Below, in pieces: positions 18,508-27,416 of a DNA stretch of 64,000 nt; the first letter of the stretch is position 1, and each line of letters starts with the position of its first letter. The DNA lies in assembly GCA_902781895.1 (NCBI GenBank), contig CACZLA010000006.1, forward strand, positions 835 through 64,834. Direction: 5' to 3'. The notes beneath the pieces are model-generated. The model was not told the origin of the DNA and searched no databases. It worked only from the letters and a program-made list of their open reading frames with translations. The stretch comes from an uncultured Lachnospiraceae bacterium. Lineage in GTDB: Bacteria; Bacillota; Clostridia; Lachnospirales; Lachnospiraceae. The position numbers were made by a program, and so were the translations under genes.

Positions 18508-19170
18508 TTACTTTATCTGTCCGTCTTTTATCTCTATCTTCCTTGATGCCATATCCGCTATATCATTATTGTGCGTGATGATGACCAGAGTCTGGCCGAT
18601 ATCATTCACGGACTTCATCAGAAGATCCATGACCTCCTGACCGTTCTTTGAATCAAGAGCACCCGTAGGCTCATCTGCAAGTATAAGCGAAGGCTTGTTT
18701 GCAAGTGCTCTGGCTATGGCAGTTCTCTGCTGCTGTCCGCCGGAAAGCTGATTCGGCAAATGCTTTACTCTGTCACTAAGTCCCAGCATTTCTATAACAT
18801 GGTCTATATATTCTTTATCAGGTTTCTTTCCGTCAAGAAGAACCGGCATGGTTATATTTTCCTCTACAGTAAGCACAGGAATAAGATGATAGGACTGAAA
18901 GATAAAGCCTATCTTTTTTCTTCGGAATTCCGACATTTTGTCATCGCTGAAATTTGTTATTTCCTCTCCGTCGAAAATAACCGTTCCTTCGGTGGGTTTA
19001 TCCACACCGCCCATTATATTAAGAAGTGTGGACTTGCCGCTGCCGGATGCACCTATCACCGAAACCACGCTTCCTTTTTCTATCTCAAGATTTACATCAC
19101 GAAGTGCATACAGCTTGTTTTCACCTTCACCGTAAACCTTTGATATTCCTTTCATTTCTATAATATTCAA
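18508..19170 (-). CDS. ABC transporter ATP-binding protein (MacB/LolD-type)
   Basis: Walker A GASGSGKST, the Q-loop, signature LSGGQQQR and Walker B LILADEPTGALD. The ORF track starts at 19200 with no RBS. TTG at 19170 follows AAAGGAGAG by 7 nt and gives the usual (M)NIIEMKGISKVY N-terminus. Confidence 0.85.
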   Translation of the reverse strand: MNIIEMKGISKVYGEGENKLYALRDVNLEIEKGSVVSVIGASGSGKSTLLNIMGGVDKPTEGTVIFDGEEITNFSDDKMSEFRRKKIGFIFQSYHLIPVLTVEENITMPVLLDGKKPDKEYIDHVIEMLGLSDRVKHLPNQLSGGQQQRTAIARALANKPSLILADEPTGALDSKNGQEVMDLLMKSVNDIGQTLVIITHNNDIADMASRKIEIKDGQIK

Positions 19171-19260
19171 GGGCACTCTCCTTTCGAGTACATAATCCAT
19201 TTTATTTTATCACTTATCGGCTTTATTATCTACTGGATTGTTGGCCCAATGACCTTCTTT

Positions 19261-19411
19261 CCGTATGTCATATGGTGTCAAAAGGAAGTTTTGACACCTA
19301 CATCATTATCTTAGTAAGTTAATTGAATATCATTTTGACACTTTAGTCTTAAATACAGTACAATAATTATTGTACTGATACAGGTGTCAAATGACACCAT
19401 ATGACATACGG
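19261..19411. repeat. 151-bp element bounded by perfect 20-bp inverted repeats (CCGTATGTCATATGGTGTCA / TGACACCATATGACATACGG) with nested palindromes
   Basis: Arms at 19261-19280 and 19392-19411 are exact reverse complements. A second pairing tier is TTTGACACCT (19290-19299) / AGGTGTCAAA (19382-19391). The inner perfect 22-bp palindrome CAGTACAATAATTATTGTACTG lies at 19356-19377. TTGACA-type -35 boxes are embedded. Confidence 0.8.
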
Positions 19412-19434
19412 GTTGAGAAAGGATAGTCTGTCAT

Positions 19435-20073
19435 ATGAAAAAAGGTAATGATAAACTGATATTCATTATCCTGATTCTCATAGTTGCTGTGATTGCAGGA
19501 TATTTCTATATGAACCGCGGCATTGTGCGGTCTGTAAAGGGGATTCCGGATCCCATACAAAAAGACGATAAAGGCAGCGTCGAAAAAAAGGTAGGCGGGT
19601 ATGATCTTACAATAACCTTTAAAAATTCCTACGATATAAGCGCTCTGGTGGTTCATGATTGTGATTACAGCGGAGGAAGTATAGATGATCTGCTTGCCCC
19701 CAAAGATGTGGCACTTGCCTGGGGACCGGTAGCTGAGTACAATGATCAGATAGATTTTAACTGGGATCAAAGCGGAAGATGGTATTACTGGTATGTAAAT
19801 GATGCATCTGTATTGGGACCGGTTGGAGGTGCGGATGGCGTGAATCTGCATTCCGCAAACAACCACCTGATCCCGGCAGATGAAAACACTAAAGAAAAAG
19901 TAAAGAGACTTAAACAAGGTGATTATATAAGAATACAGGGTTACCTTGTTGATGTTGATGGAACTGATTCATCCGGCGGAACCTTTTACTGGTACAGCAG
20001 TACCACACGTGAGGACACCGGAAATGGATCCTGTGAAATAATATATGTAACAAGTGTCGAGTGGCTTGATTAA
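19435..20073 (+). CDS. Hypothetical single-pass membrane-anchored protein
   Basis: 212 aa with an N-terminal TM helix (LIFIILILIVAVIAGYFY) and a Trp/Tyr-rich soluble domain. I recognise no family. Confidence 0.6.
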   Translation: MKKGNDKLIFIILILIVAVIAGYFYMNRGIVRSVKGIPDPIQKDDKGSVEKKVGGYDLTITFKNSYDISALVVHDCDYSGGSIDDLLAPKDVALAWGPVAEYNDQIDFNWDQSGRWYYWYVNDASVLGPVGGADGVNLHSANNHLIPADENTKEKVKRLKQGDYIRIQGYLVDVDGTDSSGGTFYWYSSTTREDTGNGSCEIIYVTSVEWLD

Positions 20074-20097
20074 AACCACTCGACACTTATTTTTTTA
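20053..20097. terminator. Bidirectional rho-independent terminator between convergent genes
   Basis: AGTGTCGAGTGG / CCACTCGACACT is a 12-bp stem (20053-20064 / 20076-20087) followed by TATTTTTTT. The stem overlaps the last codons of the plus-strand gene. Confidence 0.8.
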
Positions 20098-20106
20098 TAT
20101 CTGTTT

Positions 20107-21660
20107 TTATGAACCCAGGTTTTCTCTTTCGGGTACTGTAACTGTTTTTTCATAACAGGTAAACATTTCTTCAACCTTACCCTGATCAGGCTTAGGAGTT
20201 ATGGCACTTACGATAGGAACTATGATAAGTCCTGCTACCATAGTAACTGCTCCTGCATTGATCGGAGACTGGATGATAGGGAAGAACATATTTACAACTG
20301 TAAATCCTACACCCAGGATGTAGCTTGTCCATACAGCTGCACTTGTGATCTTCTTGCTATAGAGACCGTACATGAACGGTGCAAGGAATGCTCCCGCAAG
20401 TGCTCCCCATGAATAACCCATCAGCTGAGCGATGAATGTAGGAGGATTGAATGCGATAACTACGGAGATTATGATGAATACCATAACCAGTACCTGCATA
20501 AGTCTTACCTGTGTCTTCTCCTTCATATCCTTCTTAAGTACAGGCTTGATAAGGTCAAGTGTAAGTGTTGAACTGGATGTAAGTACCAGTGATGAAAGTG
20601 TAGACATTGATGCTGAGAATACCAGCACTACTACTATTCCAATAAGTATATCCGGAAGTGTTGAAAGCATAGTAGGTACTATGTTATCAAATGCTATTCC
20701 AGGTGTTCCGTCTGCATTTGTGATATGTATTCCCGGTTCGCCGCCGAACAGACGACCGAATCCTCCGAGGAAATAGCATCCGCCTGCTATGATGATAGCG
20801 AAGAATGTAGAAACAACTGTTCCTGTTTTTACCGCCTTCTCATCCTTGATGGCATAGAACTTCTGAACCATCTGAGGAAGTCCCCAGGTACCAAGGGATG
20901 TAAGAACTATTACTCCCAGAAGTGCCAGTGGATCAGGACCAAAGAAGCTTGCGAAAAGTCCCTGTGATTCCTGAAGTGCTGGAGTTGTAACTGCAGGATC
21001 TGTTGCAATATTTGAAAGCTCCTTAACTGCATTAAGGAAACCGCCCTGTCCGTTAAGAACTGCAAATATAACTGCACAGATACCGATAAGCATGATGATA
21101 CCCTGCACAAAGTCATTCAGAGCTGTTGCCATATATCCGCCGATTACTACGTATGCTCCTGTAAGAAGGGCCATAACGATAACGCATATACGATAGTCAA
21201 TATCGAAAGCCATACCGAACAGTCTTGAAAGACCGTTATATACACCTGCTGTATAAGGAACAAGGAAGATGAATGCCACTACTGAACCTACAACACGAAG
21301 AGCCTTGGAATCAAATCTTTTTCCGAAGTACTCCGGCATAGTCTTTGCATCAAGCTTCTGTGTCATAAGTCTTGTACGACGTCCCAGTACAAGCCATGCA
21401 AGAAGACTTCCTATAAATGCATTTCCCAGTCCTATCCATGTTGATGAAAGACCGAACTTCCAACCGAACTGTCCTGCATATCCTATGAATACAACTGATG
21501 AAAAGTAAGATGTACCGAACGCGAATGCCGAGATCCATGGACCTACGGTTCTTCCTCCGAGGACGTAGTCATTTACATTTTTTGCCTTATTTCTTGAATA
21601 GACACCTATTCCGAGCATAACGCTAAAAAATACGACGAGCAGAGCGATTTTGATAACCAT
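20107..21660 (-). CDS. Sodium:solute symporter (SSS) family transporter
   Basis: A polytopic protein with the N-terminal DYVLGGRTVGPWISAFAFGTSYFSSVVFIGYAG pattern typical of PutP/PanF-type SSS carriers. I moved the start to ATG 21660 (MVIKIALL...), which has an AAGGGAG RBS. The 37-aa extension in the track looks non-coding. Confidence 0.85.
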   Translation of the reverse strand: MVIKIALLVVFFSVMLGIGVYSRNKAKNVNDYVLGGRTVGPWISAFAFGTSYFSSVVFIGYAGQFGWKFGLSSTWIGLGNAFIGSLLAWLVLGRRTRLMTQKLDAKTMPEYFGKRFDSKALRVVGSVVAFIFLVPYTAGVYNGLSRLFGMAFDIDYRICVIVMALLTGAYVVIGGYMATALNDFVQGIIMLIGICAVIFAVLNGQGGFLNAVKELSNIATDPAVTTPALQESQGLFASFFGPDPLALLGVIVLTSLGTWGLPQMVQKFYAIKDEKAVKTGTVVSTFFAIIIAGGCYFLGGFGRLFGGEPGIHITNADGTPGIAFDNIVPTMLSTLPDILIGIVVVLVFSASMSTLSSLVLTSSSTLTLDLIKPVLKKDMKEKTQVRLMQVLVMVFIIISVVIAFNPPTFIAQLMGYSWGALAGAFLAPFMYGLYSKKITSAAVWTSYILGVGFTVVNMFFPIIQSPINAGAVTMVAGLIIVPIVSAITPKPDQGKVEEMFTCYEKTVTVPERENLGS

Positions 21661-21762
21661 TATTCTATCTCCCTTTATGTTTTTTAGTTTCACTTTATCG
21701 CAGTAACGATTTAACGTGCTAAAGTGTATTATACAACTATCACTTTTAAAGTCAAGGGAAAA

Positions 21763-23094
21763 ATGGTACAATATTTTACTATGGAAAATATAATTATTGT
21801 TGAATGTACTTCATCCGCAACTGAATATGTCCGGGACGCCAGAGAGCTGGGATATAACCCTGTTATTCTCGAAGTTTTTATAGATAACCCTGAGACCCTG
21901 AAGGTATGTGAAGCCTTCAGACGACAGTGGTATAAACAGATCCAGGCGCCACTTCCCGAGATCATTCGTGATACGGGAGATTTTGAGATACTTCTGTCTT
22001 CGGTTTCTGCTTACGAGCCCGTAGCAGTTATTCCGGGGCATGAGCTGGGAGTAGCTCTTGCCAGCAGACTTTCCGAAGCCCTTGGACTTCCCGGTAATCC
22101 TGTACATATCATTCCCGGGATGATAGAAAAATACGAAATGCATAAGGCACTGAAACGGGCCGGTCTTCGTTATATCAGAAGCAGGAAGATAAAAACCACA
22201 GAAGAAGCACTCAGCTTTTACAGGGAAATCAAAAAGAGTGTTGTTATAAAACCTGACATCGGTGGAGGTTCCATCGGCTGTCATATCTGCCATAGTGAGG
22301 ATGAGATAATAAAGGTTACAGAGACCGAGCTTAGTTCCTTCAATATGTATGGTGACAAAAATGAAACTCTTCTGATTCAGGAATTTATTGATGGAAAAGA
22401 GTATGTCATAGATACCATTTCACAGGATGGAAAGCATTACTTCGAGTTTGCGGCATATTATAAAAAGAATACAACCCATGACGGCCGAAAGGTTTATGAT
22501 ATAACCTACTATATGAAAAGGGATGCTGAGTCAGATACCTTAAGGGAGTTAATCTTCTATGCTTTTAAGGTTCTGGATGCGATTGGAATCGTGGTCGGTC
22601 CGGTACACGGAGAGTTTATGATAGATAATGATGGTATCGTACTTATGGAAATAAACTGCCGCCCCTGCGGAAGTACACCTCGTGAATTTTCAGATCAGAT
22701 CATCGGAACTCATGAAACCCTGCTGGGACTTAAGGCATATCTGGGAATGGACCTTTCTGAGATAAGCACGCTTCCGAAAGAGGAGCAGACACAGAATAGT
22801 CCTGCAAAGACTTATAAATCAGGACTGCAGAAGTTGATCATAGTTCCCGAAAATATGACTGTGGAGTCAGCCCCCATACTTGAGTGGGTAAAGGAGCTGC
22901 CAAGCTACCATTCAACCGAAGGAATAGACGGAGTGTTCCCCAGAGAGCTTCCACGTACCGTGGATCTGGCCACTGACGGAGGTATGGTATATCTCCTTAG
23001 CGCCGATGAAGAAGCTCTATGGGCAGACTATAAAAAAATAAAAGATGCTGAACAAAACAGCTTTGATAAAATATATAAATATCAATCAAAATAA
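21763..23094 (+). CDS. ATP-grasp domain enzyme (L-amino-acid-ligase-like)
   Basis: The layout is Rossmann-like N-domain (IIIVECTSS...GYNPVILE), then KYEMHKALKRAGL, VIKPDIGGGSIG, LIQEFIDGKEY and MEINCRPCG. This is the ATP-grasp order of motifs. The start is ambiguous among 21763, 21781 and the track start 21724. Confidence 0.75.
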   Translation: MVQYFTMENIIIVECTSSATEYVRDARELGYNPVILEVFIDNPETLKVCEAFRRQWYKQIQAPLPEIIRDTGDFEILLSSVSAYEPVAVIPGHELGVALASRLSEALGLPGNPVHIIPGMIEKYEMHKALKRAGLRYIRSRKIKTTEEALSFYREIKKSVVIKPDIGGGSIGCHICHSEDEIIKVTETELSSFNMYGDKNETLLIQEFIDGKEYVIDTISQDGKHYFEFAAYYKKNTTHDGRKVYDITYYMKRDAESDTLRELIFYAFKVLDAIGIVVGPVHGEFMIDNDGIVLMEINCRPCGSTPREFSDQIIGTHETLLGLKAYLGMDLSEISTLPKEEQTQNSPAKTYKSGLQKLIIVPENMTVESAPILEWVKELPSYHSTEGIDGVFPRELPRTVDLATDGGMVYLLSADEEALWADYKKIKDAEQNSFDKIYKYQSK

Positions 23095-23119
23095 ACTTTA
23101 TTAAAAGGAAGTATTTCCC

Positions 23120-25558
23120 ATGTTTATTAAGGAATTAATAAGTAGAACTGAAAACTGCGGATCAAAGATCGCTATAGTTGATAAAGACGGCAAGAGAAAG
23201 ACCACATACGATGAGTTATGGAAGATGGCGTTTTCCGTTGCAGGAAAGCTCCGGGATGACGGCTTCAAAAAAGGCGACATTATAATGATCAGTATGCCAA
23301 GAAGTACCGAATACGTTGCAGCCTATCTCGGCATACTCATTAACGGATGTGTTGCCCTTCCCACTGCTATGGATTATTCCGAGCATAAGATTGCTTCCAT
23401 AGTTAACACCTGTGATGTCAAATCCGTTATGACTCTTACCGACGTTACTTCTATACAAAATATTGATTCCCAAACAGCAGCAGCACTGCGTAGTGACAGA
23501 AGCGACTGTGTATGCTCCGGAACAGATCCTGCATTCATTATCTTTACGTCAGGTTCCATCGATGTTCCCAAGGGCATACTTCATGACCAGAACAGCCTGC
23601 AGTCTTCCGTTGACAGAGCAAGTATATGGCAGAATAATCTGGAGGACGTAAGACTTCTCTCCACTGCCCCCTTCCCATTTATTGTATTTACGGGAGAAAT
23701 ACTTGGTATTTTATGGAGAGGTTCTACTGTTTATATCCTTCCTGAGGAAGACAGATTTGACGCAAAAAAGATCATAGAAGCAATCAACCGGTTCAATATA
23801 AATCTTGCTTTTATTTCCCCTCAGATGCTGAAGGTTATTTTCGAGTATAGTATCTCCATTCCTTCAATGAAGAGAATCATTACCGGCTCCGAAAAAGTAT
23901 CTGATTTATATAACCCTGATATAGAAATATGGAATACCTACGGTATGTCGGAAACAGCAGGTCTCACTATTTTCAAGATAGATAAACCATATGAAAATAC
24001 GCCTATCGGAGATCCTATGGGAGATGCAGAAGTTTTTCTTAATAATGGTGAAATCTGTGCCATAGGTTATTTTTCACATGAATATATAGGTCTTACAGAC
24101 GAAGCAAAAAATCGTTTCCAGCTGCTTGAAGACGGCCGTACTCTTATCAGAACAGGGGACCTGGCTTATAACGATGACGCCGGCCATATTATCTTTATGA
24201 ACAGAAGAGACTGGATGGTGAAAATTAACGGACAAAGAGTGGAGCCCGGCGAGGTTTCCTCCACAATGAAGCATCATCCTCTGATAAAGGACGCTGTTGT
24301 AAAGGGCGAAAAAGCCAACGACAACCGTTATATTCTGATTGGATATTATATAAGTGACGGTATCATCCCCAGTGATGACATCAAAGAATTTCTGAGCAAA
24401 ACACTACCTTCATACATGATTCCGACTTACTACAGAAGAATGGTTGAGTTTCCAAAAAACCGTAACGGTAAGCTGGATATGAAGCGTTTTCCGGGTCTTG
24501 TTACACTTAAGACAAGGGATACAGAACCACCCGTTCCTCCTATCTCAGATGATGAAAAGAAGCTTCAGCATATTTTCCATGAGATACTTGATTATCCGGA
24601 AGACGACATAGGTACCAATGCCGATTTCTTCCATATAGGCGGAGATTCCATCCGTGCACTTATGCTTTCGGCAAAAATAGAACAGGAGTTCTCTGTATCC
24701 ATAACACCCATGGATATATTTACAAACCCTACAATAAAATCCCTGGTTCCTCTTATAATGCAGGACGAGGGGGATAACGATATATATGTTTATCATTATG
24801 ATGAAAATCTTCCGGAAATGATATTTGTTCATACCGGTCATGCCGGCGGCGAAGCTTATTCAAATCTTTCAAAGACTCTGAAGGGGCTCTGCTCATTTGT
24901 CTGCGTGGAACCCTATAATATCTTCCATCCGGAAATGATGATCAAAGGAATAGATAATCTGGCTGCCAAATATATAGAAATTATAAAAAAGAAAAACCCT
25001 CATGGTCCATACATCCTCGGTGGCTGGTCCTACGGCGGACTGATAGCTTACGAAATGGCATGTCAGCTGGCTGAGCAGGGTGAAGAAATACAGCATCTGT
25101 TTATTATGGATTCAAATATAATGAACGATGAAGAAAAACATTTATTCAAACAATTCTTTACAGCAGATGAATTTGATGAATATCTGGAAAAGGATCCTTT
25201 ATTCGAACGATTCAGAAGAATGGGAGTTCTGGACAGGGTAAAGATAAACAGCAAGAATGTTCTTAATGATATGCTGTCCTTTGTTCCGAAAAAATATGAT
25301 GGTCCTGTAACATTTTTCAAGGCTATGGAATACAAAATAGGCGAGGATGCTCTGCAGGCAAGTATTCAGCGTAGAGCTGAAGAAATATCAAGAAAAAAAC
25401 CTGCAAACGGTTTTGAAAAAGTAGCATCAAACTTAAAGATCGTTAATATAGACTCCGATCATGACAGCTTCATGCGTAACTATGCACTCTATAAGATATC
25501 ACTTACTATAGAAATGACGATCAACAAAATAATCAAGGATTCAAAAAATGAAGAGTAA
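23120..25558 (+). CDS. Single-module nonribosomal peptide synthetase-like protein: adenylation - thiolation (PCP) - thioesterase
   Basis: A-domain cores FTSGSIDVPKG (A3), NTYGMSETAG (A5), IRTGDLAY (A7), RRDWMVKINGQRVEPGEV (A8) and NGKLDMKRF (A10). The carrier core is FFHIGGDSIRAL. The TE has GWSYGG (GxSxG) and a late DSDHDSF histidine. No condensation domain is present. Confidence 0.85.
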   Translation: MFIKELISRTENCGSKIAIVDKDGKRKTTYDELWKMAFSVAGKLRDDGFKKGDIIMISMPRSTEYVAAYLGILINGCVALPTAMDYSEHKIASIVNTCDVKSVMTLTDVTSIQNIDSQTAAALRSDRSDCVCSGTDPAFIIFTSGSIDVPKGILHDQNSLQSSVDRASIWQNNLEDVRLLSTAPFPFIVFTGEILGILWRGSTVYILPEEDRFDAKKIIEAINRFNINLAFISPQMLKVIFEYSISIPSMKRIITGSEKVSDLYNPDIEIWNTYGMSETAGLTIFKIDKPYENTPIGDPMGDAEVFLNNGEICAIGYFSHEYIGLTDEAKNRFQLLEDGRTLIRTGDLAYNDDAGHIIFMNRRDWMVKINGQRVEPGEVSSTMKHHPLIKDAVVKGEKANDNRYILIGYYISDGIIPSDDIKEFLSKTLPSYMIPTYYRRMVEFPKNRNGKLDMKRFPGLVTLKTRDTEPPVPPISDDEKKLQHIFHEILDYPEDDIGTNADFFHIGGDSIRALMLSAKIEQEFSVSITPMDIFTNPTIKSLVPLIMQDEGDNDIYVYHYDENLPEMIFVHTGHAGGEAYSNLSKTLKGLCSFVCVEPYNIFHPEMMIKGIDNLAAKYIEIIKKKNPHGPYILGGWSYGGLIAYEMACQLAEQGEEIQHLFIMDSNIMNDEEKHLFKQFFTADEFDEYLEKDPLFERFRRMGVLDRVKINSKNVLNDMLSFVPKKYDGPVTFFKAMEYKIGEDALQASIQRRAEEISRKKPANGFEKVASNLKIVNIDSDHDSFMRNYALYKISLTIEMTINKIIKDSKNEE

Positions 25559-27281
25559 CGACAATCTTCTTCGAAAAACATTTTTGCGGTTTTTACTTCC
25601 GCTGATCATACAGTATCTTGCATTTTCACTCAGCGAGTTTACCGACAGCATACTTGTCAGCCAGATGCTTGGAGACAAGGCTATGGCTGCAGTAAACCTT
25701 GCTTCCAGCTTTGTTCTTATCTTCAGTACTGTCTCGATCACTATAGGAACCGGAGGTTCCGCCGAATATACAAAGTTTCTGGGAGAGAAAAATCCCAAAC
25801 TTGCTAATATCACAAAGAACTACTCCACCTGGCTGTTCGTGGTAAGTGGTATAGTTCTTAGTTTGCTTTGCGTTACTGTCTTCCCTCTGATCGTTCCCCT
25901 TATATCAAAGGATCCCGAGATAGTCGATGCAGCTAAGGGATATACCATTTTCCTTGGAGCACTGGCTCTGCCTTATATACTTGTAAACGGTATGTGTGCT
26001 TTTCTTACTGCCGCCGACCATCCGAAATTCGCAGCCCTGCTAACTGTTATTGCAAATGGTATCAACCTGGGAATGGATATATTCTATGTAAAGGTTGTTG
26101 GTTTTGGTGCCGAAGGCACCGCCCTTGCCACTGCCACCGGTTACATCATCGCTCTGGTCATTATGTTTATATACATGAAGAAGAAGGGACTCTGGGGCAT
26201 AAAGAGACCTCCGAAGAGCGAATTAAAGAGTATAAAAAATCAGACACTTATAGGTTTTGCATCCGGTCTGGGCCAGCTGGGCTTCTCCATCAAGGTAACT
26301 GCCGTAAGTGCCATCTCAAGTCTTGTTGCAGGCTCAGTGGGACTGATCACATTTTCCTTTTCATTCCAGACCGTATCCATCATCAGTCTGTTCGGTGCCG
26401 GCATTATCGGAAGTGCAGTTCCCATAGTCTCAGCTCTGTATGGAGAAAAAGACTTTGTGGGAATCAGAAAGGTTACAAACTATGCAATGATGATACTGCT
26501 TGTCTTCCAGGTGGCTACACTTATATTCTTTGAGCTTCAACCGGAGTTCATGGCAAAGATATATAATATAAATAAGGACAATCTTGATTTTGCCATCCAT
26601 GGTTTCCGTATCTTTTCACTTATGAATATACTTCGATTCCCGACTATATTTATGATGTATATATATTCGGCGATCCGAAAGAACAAACTGGCTATAACCA
26701 TCAGTATCATGGACAGTCTTCTGGTCATCCCGATATCATTTATCATGGGAAAGACCATGGGGGCAGACGGAATATGGTGGGCATTCAGTGTTGCTGCATT
26801 TATCCTGTTCCTTTACATTGTCATATATACCATACGCGAAAACAGGAAAAACAAGCACACAACTACAGGTCCTCTCATGCTTCCTGTAGCAGATAAGGAC
26901 AATACTTTATATTTATCAATCCCAAGTTCCAGTGACTCAGCCTCAGAGCTTTCCATGCAGACCACCGATTTTCTTTCTGAACACGGAATAGACAGAAAAA
27001 CTTCAATGAGATGCGGGCTTCTGGCTGAAGAACTTGGAGTATACCTGTTAAATGAATCCGAAAAAATGGAAATGATCGATTTCATCGTAAGAATCTTTAC
27101 GGGACATATAGATATATGTTTCAGAAGTGACGGAGAACCCATCTCCGGTTTTCTCCTTCTCAAGGAAAAGGAAGACAGTATCAGCGAGAGCATACTCTCC
27201 TCTCTTTCCTCCGAATGCAAATATAACAGATATCTGGGTCTGAACAATTCATATATCAGGGTTGATATCCCGGAGGCCTGA
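25548..27281 (+). CDS. MATE family efflux transporter with an extra ~130-aa C-terminal cytoplasmic domain
   Basis: About 440 aa of 12-TM MATE-like sequence, then a soluble tail (from about nt 26880) containing DRKTSMRCGLLAEELGVYLLNES...IVRIF...FRSDGEPISGF. Its start overlaps the NRPS stop by 11 nt. Confidence 0.8.
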   Translation: MKSNDNLLRKTFLRFLLPLIIQYLAFSLSEFTDSILVSQMLGDKAMAAVNLASSFVLIFSTVSITIGTGGSAEYTKFLGEKNPKLANITKNYSTWLFVVSGIVLSLLCVTVFPLIVPLISKDPEIVDAAKGYTIFLGALALPYILVNGMCAFLTAADHPKFAALLTVIANGINLGMDIFYVKVVGFGAEGTALATATGYIIALVIMFIYMKKKGLWGIKRPPKSELKSIKNQTLIGFASGLGQLGFSIKVTAVSAISSLVAGSVGLITFSFSFQTVSIISLFGAGIIGSAVPIVSALYGEKDFVGIRKVTNYAMMILLVFQVATLIFFELQPEFMAKIYNINKDNLDFAIHGFRIFSLMNILRFPTIFMMYIYSAIRKNKLAITISIMDSLLVIPISFIMGKTMGADGIWWAFSVAAFILFLYIVIYTIRENRKNKHTTTGPLMLPVADKDNTLYLSIPSSSDSASELSMQTTDFLSEHGIDRKTSMRCGLLAEELGVYLLNESEKMEMIDFIVRIFTGHIDICFRSDGEPISGFLLLKEKEDSISESILSSLSSECKYNRYLGLNNSYIRVDIPEA

Positions 27282-27320
27282 TTATTATCTACAGCTTATA
27301 AATAATTACCACTATGGTAA

Positions 27321-27349
27321 TAGACATATTATGTAAATAACTTTATAAT
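27321..27349 (+). promoter_or_regulatory. Sigma-A-type promoter (TAGACA - 17 nt - TATAAT) for the wall-binding protein gene
   Basis: Hexamers at 27321-27326 and 27344-27349 with a 17-nt spacer, about 70 nt upstream of the ATG. Confidence 0.5.
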
Positions 27350-27416
27350 GATTTTGTTGGTGACAGATTAGCACCAAAAAGTATATTTTATAAGTATTTA
27401 TGAAGGAGGATGGAAA

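Noticed and set aside
19261-19411. Calling the inverted-repeat-bounded cassette a mobile element (MITE)
   Set aside because: There is no target-site duplication at the arm boundaries, no second copy in this window and no transposase. I reported it as a repeat or regulatory structure only.
19387-19917. 176-aa minus-strand ORF opposite the 19435..20073 gene
   Set aside because: It overlaps the plus-strand ORF almost entirely. The plus-strand ORF has an RBS, an N-terminal TM helix and a terminator, while the minus ORF has none of these. I kept the plus-strand gene.
21661-21771. N-terminal extensions offered by the ORF track: 21771 for the symporter, 44515 for the PAS-GGDEF-EAL protein, 3344 for VanY, 39573 for thiE, 53362 for the ABC ATPase and 1614 for XRE
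   Set aside because: In each case an internal ATG (or TTG) is preceded by a strong GGAGG-type RBS and gives a family-typical N-terminus. The extensions lack RBSs and look non-coding.
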